Shown here in pieces: positions 1 to 10,872 of a stretch of DNA of 64,000 bases. Origin of the DNA: Diplonema japonicum (lineage: Eukaryota > Protista > Euglenozoa: Diplonemea). The stretch spans positions 186,001-250,000 of the forward strand of contig OZ025746.1 in NCBI GenBank assembly GCA_964019335.1, written 5' to 3'. Numbering within the stretch: position 1 is the first letter of the stretch; every line of letters starts with the position of its first letter. Made by a program: the position numbers and the translations under genes. A model generated the notes under the pieces. That model was not told the DNA's origin, ran no database searches, and was given only the letters and a program-made list of their open reading frames with translations.

Positions 1-319
1 CGACACTGCCTCGCATTCCACTGACGAGTTTTGTCGCGCTGATGAAATTTGTGTAGTTGCCATACACAAGCATTTGGAGTTCGCCGTCGAGCTCTTTGAT
101 CTCCTCGCCTAGGGAAACGTCCTTTGCGAGGAGTTTTTGTATGCCACCCTTCGCCACGATTTTCTTCACATAGCCGCCGACGTCGCACCCCGCCGCGTCC
201 AGCTCGTCGCGGTTCTGGTTCTGCTCCTCCTCTCCTTGTGGAATACTGTAGTAGGCCTTCAGCATGTTTCTCTTTCTTCTGCTGTCGGCCCGCTTTATCG
301 TCGGTTCTTCCGATGACAT
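1..319 (-). CDS. VPS51: Vps51/Ang2 GARP-complex subunit, N-terminal part (runs off the window start)
   Basis: Not in the ORF track. Hand translation from ATG at 319: MSSEEPTIKRADSRRKRNMLKAYYSIPQ...EEIKELDGELQMLVYGNYTNFISATKLV, which matches the Vps51 pattern LK.YY...EIK.LD..MQ.LVYENYNKFISAT. Confidence 0.85.
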   Translation of the reverse strand, partial: MSSEEPTIKRADSRRKRNMLKAYYSIPQGEEEQNQNRDELDAAGCDVGGYVKKIVAKGGIQKLLAKDVSLGEEIKELDGELQMLVYGNYTNFISATKLVSGMRGSV

Positions 320-1027
320 TTTTTTTTTTTTTTTTTTTTTTTTTTTGTTATGAATTTGTAAATTCCCCCAACCCTCTTTTTTTTTTTTTTTTTTTTTTTT
401 TGGAGGAAAAAAAAAAAAAAAAAAAAAGAGGCAGTGTGGAATTTAATTGGAAGAGTCATCGATCACATGGTAGTGAAAAAAAAAAGGGAAATGAGGGAGG
501 GGGGAGTGGTGTGGAATCAGTATGTGATTGCTCTTTTTTTTTTTTTTCTTTCTTCTCATTCTTTTGGTTAAAAAAAAAAAAATATATATCGATAAAGTTT
601 CAGTGTGCATGAGGGTTGTTCACTGTTCAGAATACACTCACACCAATCGGCCACCGTTCTGCGGTTGCTGTCTGGTGCCTGCGGTGATGCTGCGGGATAA
701 GCACCCTCGACTTAGCATCGGTTCCCCCTTTTTTCCGCATATCGCATTCTATTGGCCTTCTCCGCGAGGAAGTCCATGGTCGTCAAGCGGGCCTGTCCGA
801 GTCTCATCATTGATGGAGGTATTGCTCTTACCTACGTGACCAAAAAAAAGGGGGGGGGGAAACAACGAGGTAAGAAGGAAAACAGAAAAAAAAAAACCCC
901 CCATCCACACAGAAAATCAACCTCTAATATGCCTTATAGGGGCGTATCAATGAAAATGTTCGCAAGTGGGGGGGAGTAGCAAGAAAGCAGCAGATTATTC
1001 ATTTCACTCCCCACATTTTAATTTTGG

Positions 1028-1064
<37 letters not shown>

Positions 1065-1603
1065 CCCTCCTCCTCCCATTAATATTCACTACTGAAACGG
1101 GGGAGAAGTGCGTTGAAAAAGAAAAAAAAGAAAAAAAGAAAAAAAAATCACCGAGCTGGCGTTCCCGTCTTTTGATGCTCTCCGCTGCCCACATCCCTCT
1201 AGTGGCCCTTCTACTTCGTTTGTGCAGATCTAAACACACCGACGTACCCTTTCTTGACGAGAAAAGGGATATATGAGTTAAAAGGAGGTCTTCGTGAGAC
1301 GCTCCCGTGAAAAAAAAGAAGAAAAAGAAACCGGACCGGGATAATTTTTTTATAAAAAAAAAAAAAAAAAAGAACCATATCGCTAAGGGGTCTTTTTTTT
1401 CTCTTTTTTTTTAGATTTCTTGTCGACGGTTCCTTTACCATAATTTTTCTTTTGTAAAAAAAAAAAAGACACAAGTCTTCTTTTTTTTTTTTTTTTTTTT
1501 TTTTTTTCCTTCTTTTTTCCCCCCCCTGAAATTTCTACGAATAAAAAAAAAATTGAGTGTGTATGAAAAAAAAAAAAAAAAAAAAAAAAAAAACAGAACA
1601 TAA

Positions 1604-1641
<38 letters not shown>

Positions 1642-1658
1642 CTTCCCACCTCCATCAA

Positions 1659-3512
1659 CTATGCCTCATGTGTTGGTTCGTAGTTTTCATGTTTTGAACA
1701 GCTTTGTGCGATGTTGCGGGTTTGCTCGTTGCTGTGCTTGGGCTCCTCGTAGTAGTCCTTGTCGGCACAGTGGCACAGCACAAGGGTATCGACAACAGTA
1801 CTGAACATGATCACAAACACGCTGCAAATTATGTACGCGCAAACCAGAACAAAGAGAAGCGGTGCCCAAAGACCCGGCGCGGGGGAAGGCGGCATCCACG
1901 AGGTAAGCGAAAAGTACGCAAAAATCACGGTGGACGCGATAATAATAACCTTCCCAAGAAACACCATGAACGCAGTCACGATCTCAACGACGGCAACACA
2001 CATAAAATTGTCCACTATAAGAGACACTGCTCGTTTTGCCGATGAACAGAAATTCGTTCCCTCAATGGCGGTAAGAACATACGCTTTCTCGCTGAGGAAC
2101 TTCAAACAGTTCTCCAAGCAGCAAACGCAACAACACGCGAATTTTGAAACGCAATCCAACCCCGTCCCCTTAAGCTTGTCCTCTAACCGCATCAACGCCC
2201 ATCGAACAACTTTACAAATTGTTATAATCAAAGACCCAATTGCCGTAGTCCCTAAATGATGAATCGTAGCCGAGCCCATTGCAATTATTGGGCTAAAACA
2301 TGGGGGTTTTTTCGGCTCCCCAGCTTCCGAGGAGAAGTACCAGTAGGAAGCCACCAGTGCGATACATAAAAAACCCGTATCAAGAAGGAAAATGGAACCC
2401 CACACAAACATGACAAAATTGTACGCGTGGAAGTAGTAACGGTTTTGAGGAATTTTTTGGACGTATCCCTCCATGGTTTTTCCAGCCCATGAGTAGGACT
2501 CAACCTCGCGAGCTTCCATCGTCTGAATAAACAGAAAAGCGAGGATTCCCAAACATATCCAAAGGATGAGCACGCTTACAAAGAACAGAGGCAGGATGAC
2601 CACCGACGGGACCGACAACAGCATCCCGCTTCCTTCCTCCGCGATTTTCGCGCCTTTTCGAATCTTCCCCGCCATGAAAACACAAACCAGTAAAAAAACA
2701 CCAGCGAGCACCCACAGAACAATCGCACCTCCGAACGCGTATTTTGAATTGTCGTCTCCATCGTCTTCAAGTGTTTTAGAGTATTTGAAAAGTAAATACC
2801 CTCCGTATGATAAACCTCCGAGGACAGCAAGAATATTGCAAATGATCATGGGTAAGGACAGGAAGTATACCAGGACAAGCCATGTGATGGACAGTCCTAC
2901 ACAAACTAACATTGAATACGTTATGATCTTCTCAGCGGCCTTCACATCTGCTGAAGCTTCAAAGTATAGGTCAGAAATATCAAAGAGATCAATCACATCG
3001 TTGAGCTTTTGAATCACGGCAGAATTGTTTGTTCTGTCTGGGATACACCTTCGTATTTTTGTGGCGGATGAGTATTCAGAACGGAAAGATTTAGGCATTC
3101 CATTGGTTACATTTGAAGGGTCTGGGTACACCGTTACGATTTCATTGAGTTCCGGGCATTCTTTCACGCAGATTCCCATGTTCATGACGGAGTCCAGATT
3201 TTCCGTGTCGTCAAGGTCGAAGGGGTACCACAGAATTGTCCGGTTCCCCCAATCGGTTACGTTTGGGAGCCTCGGTGCGTTCCGGGAGCCGTGCAGCCCG
3301 CAGACGTTTCCCAGGTAGTCCGTTCCGTAAATGAGCCTCCAAGGATTTCCTGTTTCGTAGGCGATGCTGCACAGCACGGCGTAGCCGAGCATAGCAGCTA
3401 TGAACACAATCAAAAACAAAACATCCGTGCAACCCCTCCTGGCGTGCAGCCCCACCGCTGCGATCTCGGGTTCCGACGCTTCATCCTGAACAGTCTTAGT
3501 TTTGCTGCCCAT
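1659..3512 (-). CDS. Choline transporter-like (SLC44/CTL) membrane protein
   Basis: RGCTDVLFLIVF, RLIYGTDYLGNVCG, CVKECP, HHLGTTAIGSLIITI, CLENCLKFLSEKAYV...GTNFCSSAKRA, VDTLVLC; about 10 TM segments. Start set at MGSK (3512), just after the poly(A) tract. Confidence 0.93.
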   Translation of the reverse strand: MGSKTKTVQDEASEPEIAAVGLHARRGCTDVLFLIVFIAAMLGYAVLCSIAYETGNPWRLIYGTDYLGNVCGLHGSRNAPRLPNVTDWGNRTILWYPFDLDDTENLDSVMNMGICVKECPELNEIVTVYPDPSNVTNGMPKSFRSEYSSATKIRRCIPDRTNNSAVIQKLNDVIDLFDISDLYFEASADVKAAEKIITYSMLVCVGLSITWLVLVYFLSLPMIICNILAVLGGLSYGGYLLFKYSKTLEDDGDDNSKYAFGGAIVLWVLAGVFLLVCVFMAGKIRKGAKIAEEGSGMLLSVPSVVILPLFFVSVLILWICLGILAFLFIQTMEAREVESYSWAGKTMEGYVQKIPQNRYYFHAYNFVMFVWGSIFLLDTGFLCIALVASYWYFSSEAGEPKKPPCFSPIIAMGSATIHHLGTTAIGSLIITICKVVRWALMRLEDKLKGTGLDCVSKFACCCVCCLENCLKFLSEKAYVLTAIEGTNFCSSAKRAVSLIVDNFMCVAVVEIVTAFMVFLGKVIIIASTVIFAYFSLTSWMPPSPAPGLWAPLLFVLVCAYIICSVFVIMFSTVVDTLVLCHCADKDYYEEPKHSNEQTRNIAQSCSKHENYEPTHEA

Positions 3513-3641
3513 TTTTTTTTTTTTTTTTTTTTTTTTACTCCCTCTTTTTTTTTTCTTTTTTTTTTTTTTTCCCGCGTTGTCCAAAAGAAAAAAAAAAAAA
3601 AAATTGACCCCGGTTTTTCCGCGAGTTTTTTTCCCCCCCCC

Positions 3642-4322
3642 CTACTCTGTTTTTTTCTCCGAGTCCCCGCCAGGGGGGTGGTTTGGTTTCACGACGATTT
3701 TACCGTCGACGCACGTGATGGTGACCTCCTCTCCGTCCTGTATCTCCGACGCGAGATATTTCGATGCGAGCTGCGAGATCAGCGTTTTGTGCAGAACGCG
3801 TTTCAACTGCCGGGCACCGTACACAGGGGTCCAGCCTTCCTCGGCGAGGTGTGCGTAGACATCAGGGGTGACATTTAAGGTCATGTTCTTGTCCGTGAGA
3901 AGCTCGCTGATGTCATCGATAAGAAGATTCACGATGTCGGTGATGTGGTCCTTCGAAAGTCTGTTAAACATCACAATTTCGTCGAGACGGTTGATGAACT
4001 CTGGTGGAAGCTTTCTCTCCACAACTTTCATAACATCACCCCTTGCGCTCTCTACATCCACGTCGTAGGGCAGATTGGCGATTAAATCTGCTCCCAAGTT
4101 TGATGTGAGGATGATAATCGTGTTTTTGAAATCAACCTTTCTCCCTTGCCCGTCGGTAAGGTGCCCCTCGTCGAGGATCTGAAGCAAAACATTCGCCACC
4201 GTGATGTTGCACTTCTCAAACTCATCAAAAAGCACAATTTGATAAGGCCTCCTCCTCACTTTTTCCGTCAGCTCCCCTCCTTCTTCGTACCCTACGTATC
4301 CTGGCGGCGCTCTGTGTGGAAA

Positions 4323-4392
<70 letters not shown>

Positions 4393-4569
4393 ATGTTAAA
4401 ATTAACACACACCCTATCATCCTGTCCTTTGAGTGAGCCTCTGAAAACTCGGACATATCCAGTCTTACAATGTTGGACTCATCGTCGAACAAAAATTTCG
4501 CAAGCTGCTTGCAAACCTCTGTTTTCCCAACACCTGTTGGACCCAGGAAGAGAAAACATCCCAAAGGAC

Positions 4570-4620
<51 letters not shown>

Positions 4621-6143
4621 CTTTGTTCGACATACTTATGGGAGTGAAGGCCTGCCCGTGATACCCTGACCACATCGGAGATAGCTTTCAAAGCTGGATC
4701 TTGTCCTTTGATCCTCTCCTTGAGGTGGTCCTCCATGTGTAAGAGTTTCTCACGTTCACCCATGAGGAGCTGATGCACAGGGATGCCTGTTGCCTTGGAG
4801 ATTACGAAACAAACGTCCTTTGGCTCAACATGCTCAGAGAGGATCTGGTTCTTTTTGTACTCTGAGTCTTCCTTGACCTGTTCCTCTAGGCGGGGTATCT
4901 CAGAGTGCTTTAGTTCAGACGCGCGTGCGAAGTCATTGTTTTGAATTGCGGTCTCAAGATCCCGACGTGCTTTTTCCAGAACTGAATGGCGTGATTTGAT
5001 GACTGCAAGCCGATCCTTGTCTTGCGACCACTTGTTGAAGAGTTCACCGTAGGTTTCATTCTTTGACGAAATGGTTGTTTCGAGCTCGCGGAGGCGTTTT
5101 TGAGCACCCTCATCCACTTCTTTTTTAAGCGCTTCCTTCTCGATTTTCATTCTCACGATCTCACGTTCCAGAGTGTCTAGTTCGTCGGGTTTTGATTCTT
5201 GTTGGAGTTTCAGCCTCGCAGCTGCTTCATCAACGATATCAATGGCTTTATCCGGGAGTTTTCTGTCTGAGAGGTATTTGTGTGAATTCACCGCCGCCGA
5301 GACCATTGAGGAGTCCGTGATGATCAACCCGTGGTGTTTTTCGTACCTTTCCTTCAGGCCTCTTAGGATCGATATCGTGTCTTCTACTGTTGGTTCTGGG
5401 ACGTATACTTTTTGGAACCTTCTTGCAAGAGCACCGTCTTTTTCCATTCTCTTTTGGTACTCCGAGAGCGTGGTGGCGCCGATGCAGTGGAGCTCCCCTC
5501 GTGCTAATGCTGGTTTTAACATGTTTCCAGCGTCCATTGCGCCTTCAGCGCCGCCGGCGCCGACGAGAGTGTGGAGCTCGTCAATGAAAAGGATGATTTT
5601 ACCTTGAGAATCTTGTGTTTCTTGCAAAACACCTCTCAGCCTTTCTTCGAATTCCCCTCTGTACTTAGCACCTGCTACTAGGGAGCTGAGGTCCAACGAC
5701 ATAACTATTTTCCCTTTAATCGACTCTGGGACTTCGTTTGCAGCGATTTGTTGCGCAAGGCCCTCGACGATGGCTGTTTTTCCAACACCTGGTTCGCCGA
5801 TCAGGACGGGGTTGTTTTTGGAGCGTCTCGCTAAGACTTGTAATGTCTGTCTTACAACTTCTTCTCGGCCGATGACCGGGTCGAGTTTGCCCTCTCTGGC
5901 ATCGTTGGTGAGGTCGCGAGCGAACCTGCTGAGGAACGTTTCCGAGTCGCCGTCAGCCTTGGGTTGGCCGGGGCCCGGGGTCCATTTAACCTGCGTGGTA
6001 TTGTTGGTTTTTGCCGAACCGTTGCCGTTGCCCTGCTGTGTGGCTGCAGCCGCGCTTGCACAACGTGCCTGAACTGATCCCATTGCGTACACACGGTTCT
6101 TTGACCGGGCCATACGAAGCCCAGAGAGCGTTACTCTGCGCAT
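3642..6143 (-). CDS. CLPB: Mitochondrial ClpB/Hsp78 disaggregase, 3 exons
   Basis: Arg/Ser-rich presequence and no Clp-N domain; [22 protein letters not shown], coiled-coil M domain, [45 protein letters not shown] introns at 4572-4635 (poly-A) and 4312-4412 ((AT)n) restore HKRPLG and IGAPPG. Confidence 0.96.
4331..4388. repeat. (AT)n microsatellite inside ClpB intron 2
   Basis: About 29 consecutive AT units. Confidence 0.95.
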
Positions 6144-6303
6144 TTTTTTCTTTTTTTTTTTTTTATTTCCTGTTTTTTTTTTCTTTTTTTTTTCTTCGAA
6201 AAAACGGGGGGGGGAAAAAAATCGATTACAAAAAAAATGGACAGACTTACTTTATTTTTTTTTGTCACTCACGATAGTAGAGTATTTCCCCCCCCCCCCC
6301 CCT

Positions 6304-6606
6304 TCACCAGTGGCTCCCGGTTTTCATTTTTCTGTAAGGCTGCGCAGGGGCTGTCTTGCCTTGTGTCCCAATCCAGGAACCTTCGTTGAAGGAAGACTTC
6401 ACTTGGGTTCTCGGGTCTGCTTCCCCAGAGAAGCACTGGGTGTGGTATTTCAGCTCTATCCTTCCTCCCCGTCTGCACACGATTTCTTCCCCGAGGGTGG
6501 AGAACGCTTCTTTGCATTCCTTGCACTTGTGCCCTATATCTTTTCGCTGTGCTGTCCGCTTTGCAAACGACCAGTACCCAGCGTCGCCCACAGGAACATG
6601 AGACAT
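6304..6606 (-). CDS. Small (100 aa) protein with a PARP-type-like Zn finger
   Basis: MSHVPVGDAGYWSFAKR...CKECKEAF...LKYHTQCF: Cx2C...Hx2C spacing; non-repetitive coding-like sequence. Confidence 0.65.
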   Translation of the reverse strand: MSHVPVGDAGYWSFAKRTAQRKDIGHKCKECKEAFSTLGEEIVCRRGGRIELKYHTQCFSGEADPRTQVKSSFNEGSWIGTQGKTAPAQPYRKMKTGSHW

Positions 6607-6707
6607 GTGTTGCGGTCTCCCCCACCCCTTCTTCTTCTGCACTTTTAAATAAAAAAGAGCAACAAAATAATAAAAAGAAACACTTTTTGTACCCCGCCCC
6701 TCTCCGT

Positions 6708-6751
6708 TCATCGTCTTTGCTTCTTTGATGGAGGATCGCAAGCCTGTAGGG

Positions 6752-6784
<33 letters not shown>

Positions 6785-9700
6785 CCGTTCATACAATTGG
6801 AACAGGAGGAGGTGTGAACATAGGTGCACCAGAAGGGGGTTGTTCCGCAACAGGCGGTTTAGGAGGAGCAGGAGGTGCGCAAGTGGGTGCAGCAGGGGTA
6901 ACGACATCAACTCCGTAGCCATAGGACCTGGATGTGACCGCGGTGTCGGCTTGGTTCTGCTCTGCCCACAAAGTGGTGTAGGCTGACCCTGCACCACTCG
7001 CCCACACATCCTCCACTTGAACAGGGAGGTGATACGTAGAGTTGGGATCCGTTCGCGCAGCGCACGGGACCAAAGAATCCCCAAACACCTTCATATCCCG
7101 GTACTCTTCCACCTTCGGCCGCTGCGCTGCAAGCTGTTATTTTTTTTTTATTATTATTTTTTTTTCTCTCTCAAAAATGCCCCATACAATGAACTCACGC
7201 ATCGACAATTCAAGTAAAGTGAGCTGCTGCCCCAACACATCAAACACCATGGCCCTGTCGTGGTACTTCTGAAGCCATTCACACCAAAGCGGACTCTTTT
7301 TTTTTTTTTTTTTTTTTCTTTTTTCCTTCACACCTTCAACAAAGTAGGGATATGCCCCGTTACAAAGAGCCCATACTTCGCCCTCGTGAGGGACACGTTA
7401 ATGCGCCGCCATTCTGATACAAAGCCAAGGTGTTGGCTTGGGTCGCTCCTCACCAAGCTGAGGATGATGACGTGCTTTTCCCGTCCTTGGAACCCGTCTA
7501 CTGAATTGACCTCGATCTGATTTCGTACCTCCGCACCGAGCACACGGAGGATCTCGTTCTTGATGCACCGGACCTGCGCAGAGTAAGGGGTGATGATTCC
7601 GATGTCCGCCCAGGAGATCTTTTTACCCCCGACGAAGGACAAAATATTGATTACAGATTTGGCCTCGGCAATATTCGCACGTGACTTCCCCTGCATGACC
7701 TCCTTTCCGACAACATGTGTGAAGGATACCGGCCAGTCATTGGGTAGCGAACCCGTCGGCATTGTCCGTTCGATCGCGGTGACACCGTTTTCAATCCGCC
7801 CTTGGTAAAAATTCTCGTTCGAGAATTCGGAGATAAATGGGTGCATTCTGTACTGGGTGTCCAAAACATGGTGTTCCAAGCCAAGACCTAAGAGTCGGTC
7901 GAATAAGGAAACGTCGAGACCTCTTTTCGCCGCTTCATAATTCAGAACAGTGGGAGGCAACTGTGCTTGATCGCCGATTAAAACAACCTGTACCGAACCC
8001 CGGCATACTGGAACGAGAGATGCTGGTTCGGTGGCCTGTGTCGCCTCGTCTAGGAGGACGAACGGAAAGCTCACACCTGTTAAAACCTGCGAGCCTGCAC
8101 CAATGCACGTTGCGCATATTACTTCCGATTCCCTGATTGCGTTTCGGACTGAACTCGTTTTGGAAAGCGTTGTCTTGAGCTGCCTTGCTATCTCCTTGTA
8201 CTCTTTTCCAAGCAGCGCCATCGACTCACCAGTTTGATCAGCCTGTCCCATTCTCACTTTAATTTCTTCGAGTTTTGTTTGTTTGATGCTTCTATCTCTT
8301 GCGAATAAATCCATTTGAACATATGCGTCAAGGGAATAATCTTCAAGTGCAGCGTTGGAGCTTTTCCCCACACGTAGACATTTCACGCCTTTCTTCAGCA
8401 AACCCTGCATGAGGTTGTCCAGGCCTGCGTTGGAGTGCGCTGTTGCTAGAATTGTCCCGTTGCACTTTCGAACCCATTCGCAGATGATAGCGATTGCGGT
8501 GGTGGTCTTGCCGGTCCCGGGGGGGCCTTGAATGAGTGTCAGCTTCCGGCCCTCGTCGATCACCTTACCAACAGCGGTAACTTGGGACGTGTTGAGCCGA
8601 TGGGAAAACCGCGCCAGGTCCATCCCGGGGCTCGGCTTTACGAACTCAACGTATTGATGATGCTGTTGTTTAGCAGCTGCCGATGCATCTAAGGCTACAG
8701 GACGGGTGCCTAGATCCACCATGCCAGACATGATTTCTGAAGCAAGTTTGATATATGATGAGCTTGGGTTGTATTTGCTGAACATTTCATGGATCATTTT
8801 CCGTGCGCCGTTTACAGATCTTTGGACGTCGTGGAAGGCACACCACGCGAGGGTTGAAAACGGTTCAAAAATCCCCATTTGGTTCACCTTCCCCTCGATC
8901 GGCGAAATGTCGTCGTCGTCGTCTGAGAAGTAATCCTTGCTGTCTATCCTGTCTTGGATCCCCAACGACCGCAGCTTCTCGAGGTGCTGCCGTTTAATCA
9001 TCAACAAAACCGATCTCATCCTTTCGGTCGGAACCGACGTGACCCCCAGATCGATACGATATGAGGGTGATGGAATCCATGGTTTATTCTTCCCCGTTAA
9101 ATTTTTCACCACCATCTTATCCCGCGTGACTAAGGTCACCTCACCCATCATTGTTACATTTCGATCATTCAAATCAACAACGGGTGTTGTGGTTGGGGTA
9201 ATGTACACGGTGCATCCCATGAGGACATCTGAGTTCCAGTTGCTCGATGGTTGCAGCCCGAAAACACATTCTGCTTTTTTCACAGGCGTGCCTGTTGACA
9301 ACGATCTTGCATCGAACCACGCGTAGCCTTCTTGAGACAGTTTTTCAGGGTGCCATTCATTGATCCGCTTGTTGACGGTGACCTTTTCGAATTCGAATTC
9401 CGCTTTAACCAAACCCCGCATGTGTCTTATGTAGCACAACACATCCGTAACCAGGCAGACGTATTGCTTTTTATACATTTCCTGTTCCTGGCGAATGGCG
9501 TCGTTCTCGTAGCTGACAGGGGTAACAACGGATTGTTGCCCTGCTTCTTTTTTTGCATGTCGCTTGCCCTTGACATGGGTGTTGTGTGCCACTAGCGAAC
9601 CAGACCAAACATTACATATCGAGCAGTAAATTGCATTTGGTGGGAGACCTGGTGGCGGCATGGGTTGTGAGACACATGATCCCGCTGGTGGTGCTGGCGG

Positions 9701-9931
9701 TTGTACGACCGGCGTCAGCTGCGGCCGGACCTGTGGTGCATAGTACCGAGACGAGCCTATGGTGGTGCCCTTGTCCGTTGTGCTGTTCGCTTCTAAAACA
9801 CCGTATTCTATCGGTGGGACTGACCTGCCCTCAGACAAGGCCTTCTCTACATTTTGCAGGTGGTTTTTCCCAGCCTCGTGAGCCGCGGTGTCCGGACAGT
9901 ACACCGAGCACAACGGACAGAAAACCGTCAT
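6708..9931 (-). CDS. UPF1-like (DNA2/NAM7, SF1B) helicase with two N-terminal U1/matrin-type C2H2 fingers, 4 exons
   Basis: CPLC..H..GKNH and CSIC..H.KGKRH fingers; LIQGPPGTGKT, AHSNAGLD, LDEATQ, IGDQAQLPP, QYRMHP, IGIITPYSAQ, VDGFQGREK, RRINVSLTRAK. Introns 7296-7333, 7134-7187 and 6744-6794 join the track ORFs into one CDS ending ACDPPSKKQRR*. Confidence 0.88.
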
Positions 9932-10751
9932 ATCTGATTCATGTCCTTTTTGGGAAGTGAGGTTTGGGGGTGGAAAAAAAAAGGGGGGGAGGGAAACGAC
10001 TTCAGAAACCGGGGGGGGGGGGGGGGGGGAACGTTCGCAGACACTCACAATCTGTGGAGAATGGGGAGGGGGATGAAGCTTTTTTCTTTAAAAGCGTGGT
10101 TTTTTTTTTTTTTTTTTTTGGGTGGAATTCCCCCCTCCCTTCGCTCTTTTTAACATTGGCTCAACGCAAGGCAACTGAAATTGCTGGCAAAGAAAACGGG
10201 AGCGAAGAGAGGGGGGGGGGGGGGGAGGGGGGGGGAGAAAAAAACATGGTGTCACGAGAATTCTTTTCTTCCTCTATCCCCCCTCGATGTACAAAACCAC
10301 GCCGCAACCACAACGGAAAAAAAAAAGAGGAAGGAGAGAAGAAGAAAAAAAAAAAGAGAAAGAACCATGAACTCGTAACGTTTAAGGGAGAACTTGCAAC
10401 AGCGACACACTTCACAAGAATTCGTAATTTTTAGAAAAAAGATATGGGAAAGGAGAATCTTCAACAAAAAAAACGCAGAAGGGGGGTGTAGTAGGTTTTC
10501 AGAAGGCAAAAAGGAAAAAGAAAAAAAACAAAAAAAAGAGGAAGAACAAGAGGGGTCCCTTCCCCCCCCCCGTCTTTTTTGTCTTTTCTTTTGTTTTGTC
10601 CCACTCCTCCAATGTCACCTTTTCTCAACATATCCCTTCCCCGCACCCCCCCGCACTTTCTTGGCCGCGGACTTAAAGAATTTATTATGCTTCCTCCTTC
10701 ACATGTCCTCTTCTCCCCTTCCCCACGGGTTTTTTTTTTTTTAAAAAAATT

Positions 10752-10832
10752 TTATTTGCACACAGACAAGCATTTAGGGTAGCCCAGACCAGTGTTTGTG
10801 TCGTACTGGTTGCGGAGCTGTGGGGGTGTGTG

Positions 10833-10872
<40 letters not shown>

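Noticed and set aside
600-1460. Possible small spliced minus-strand gene (…MWAAESIKRRERQL…VRAIPPSMMRLGQARL…)
   Set aside because: Coding-like patches are present, but I could not assemble a consistent exon chain or recognise a family.
4312-4635. Frameshifted pseudogene reading of ClpB, FUK, the helicase and others
   Set aside because: Every break is bounded by GT...AG, and removal restores the frame and conserved motifs, so these are introns.
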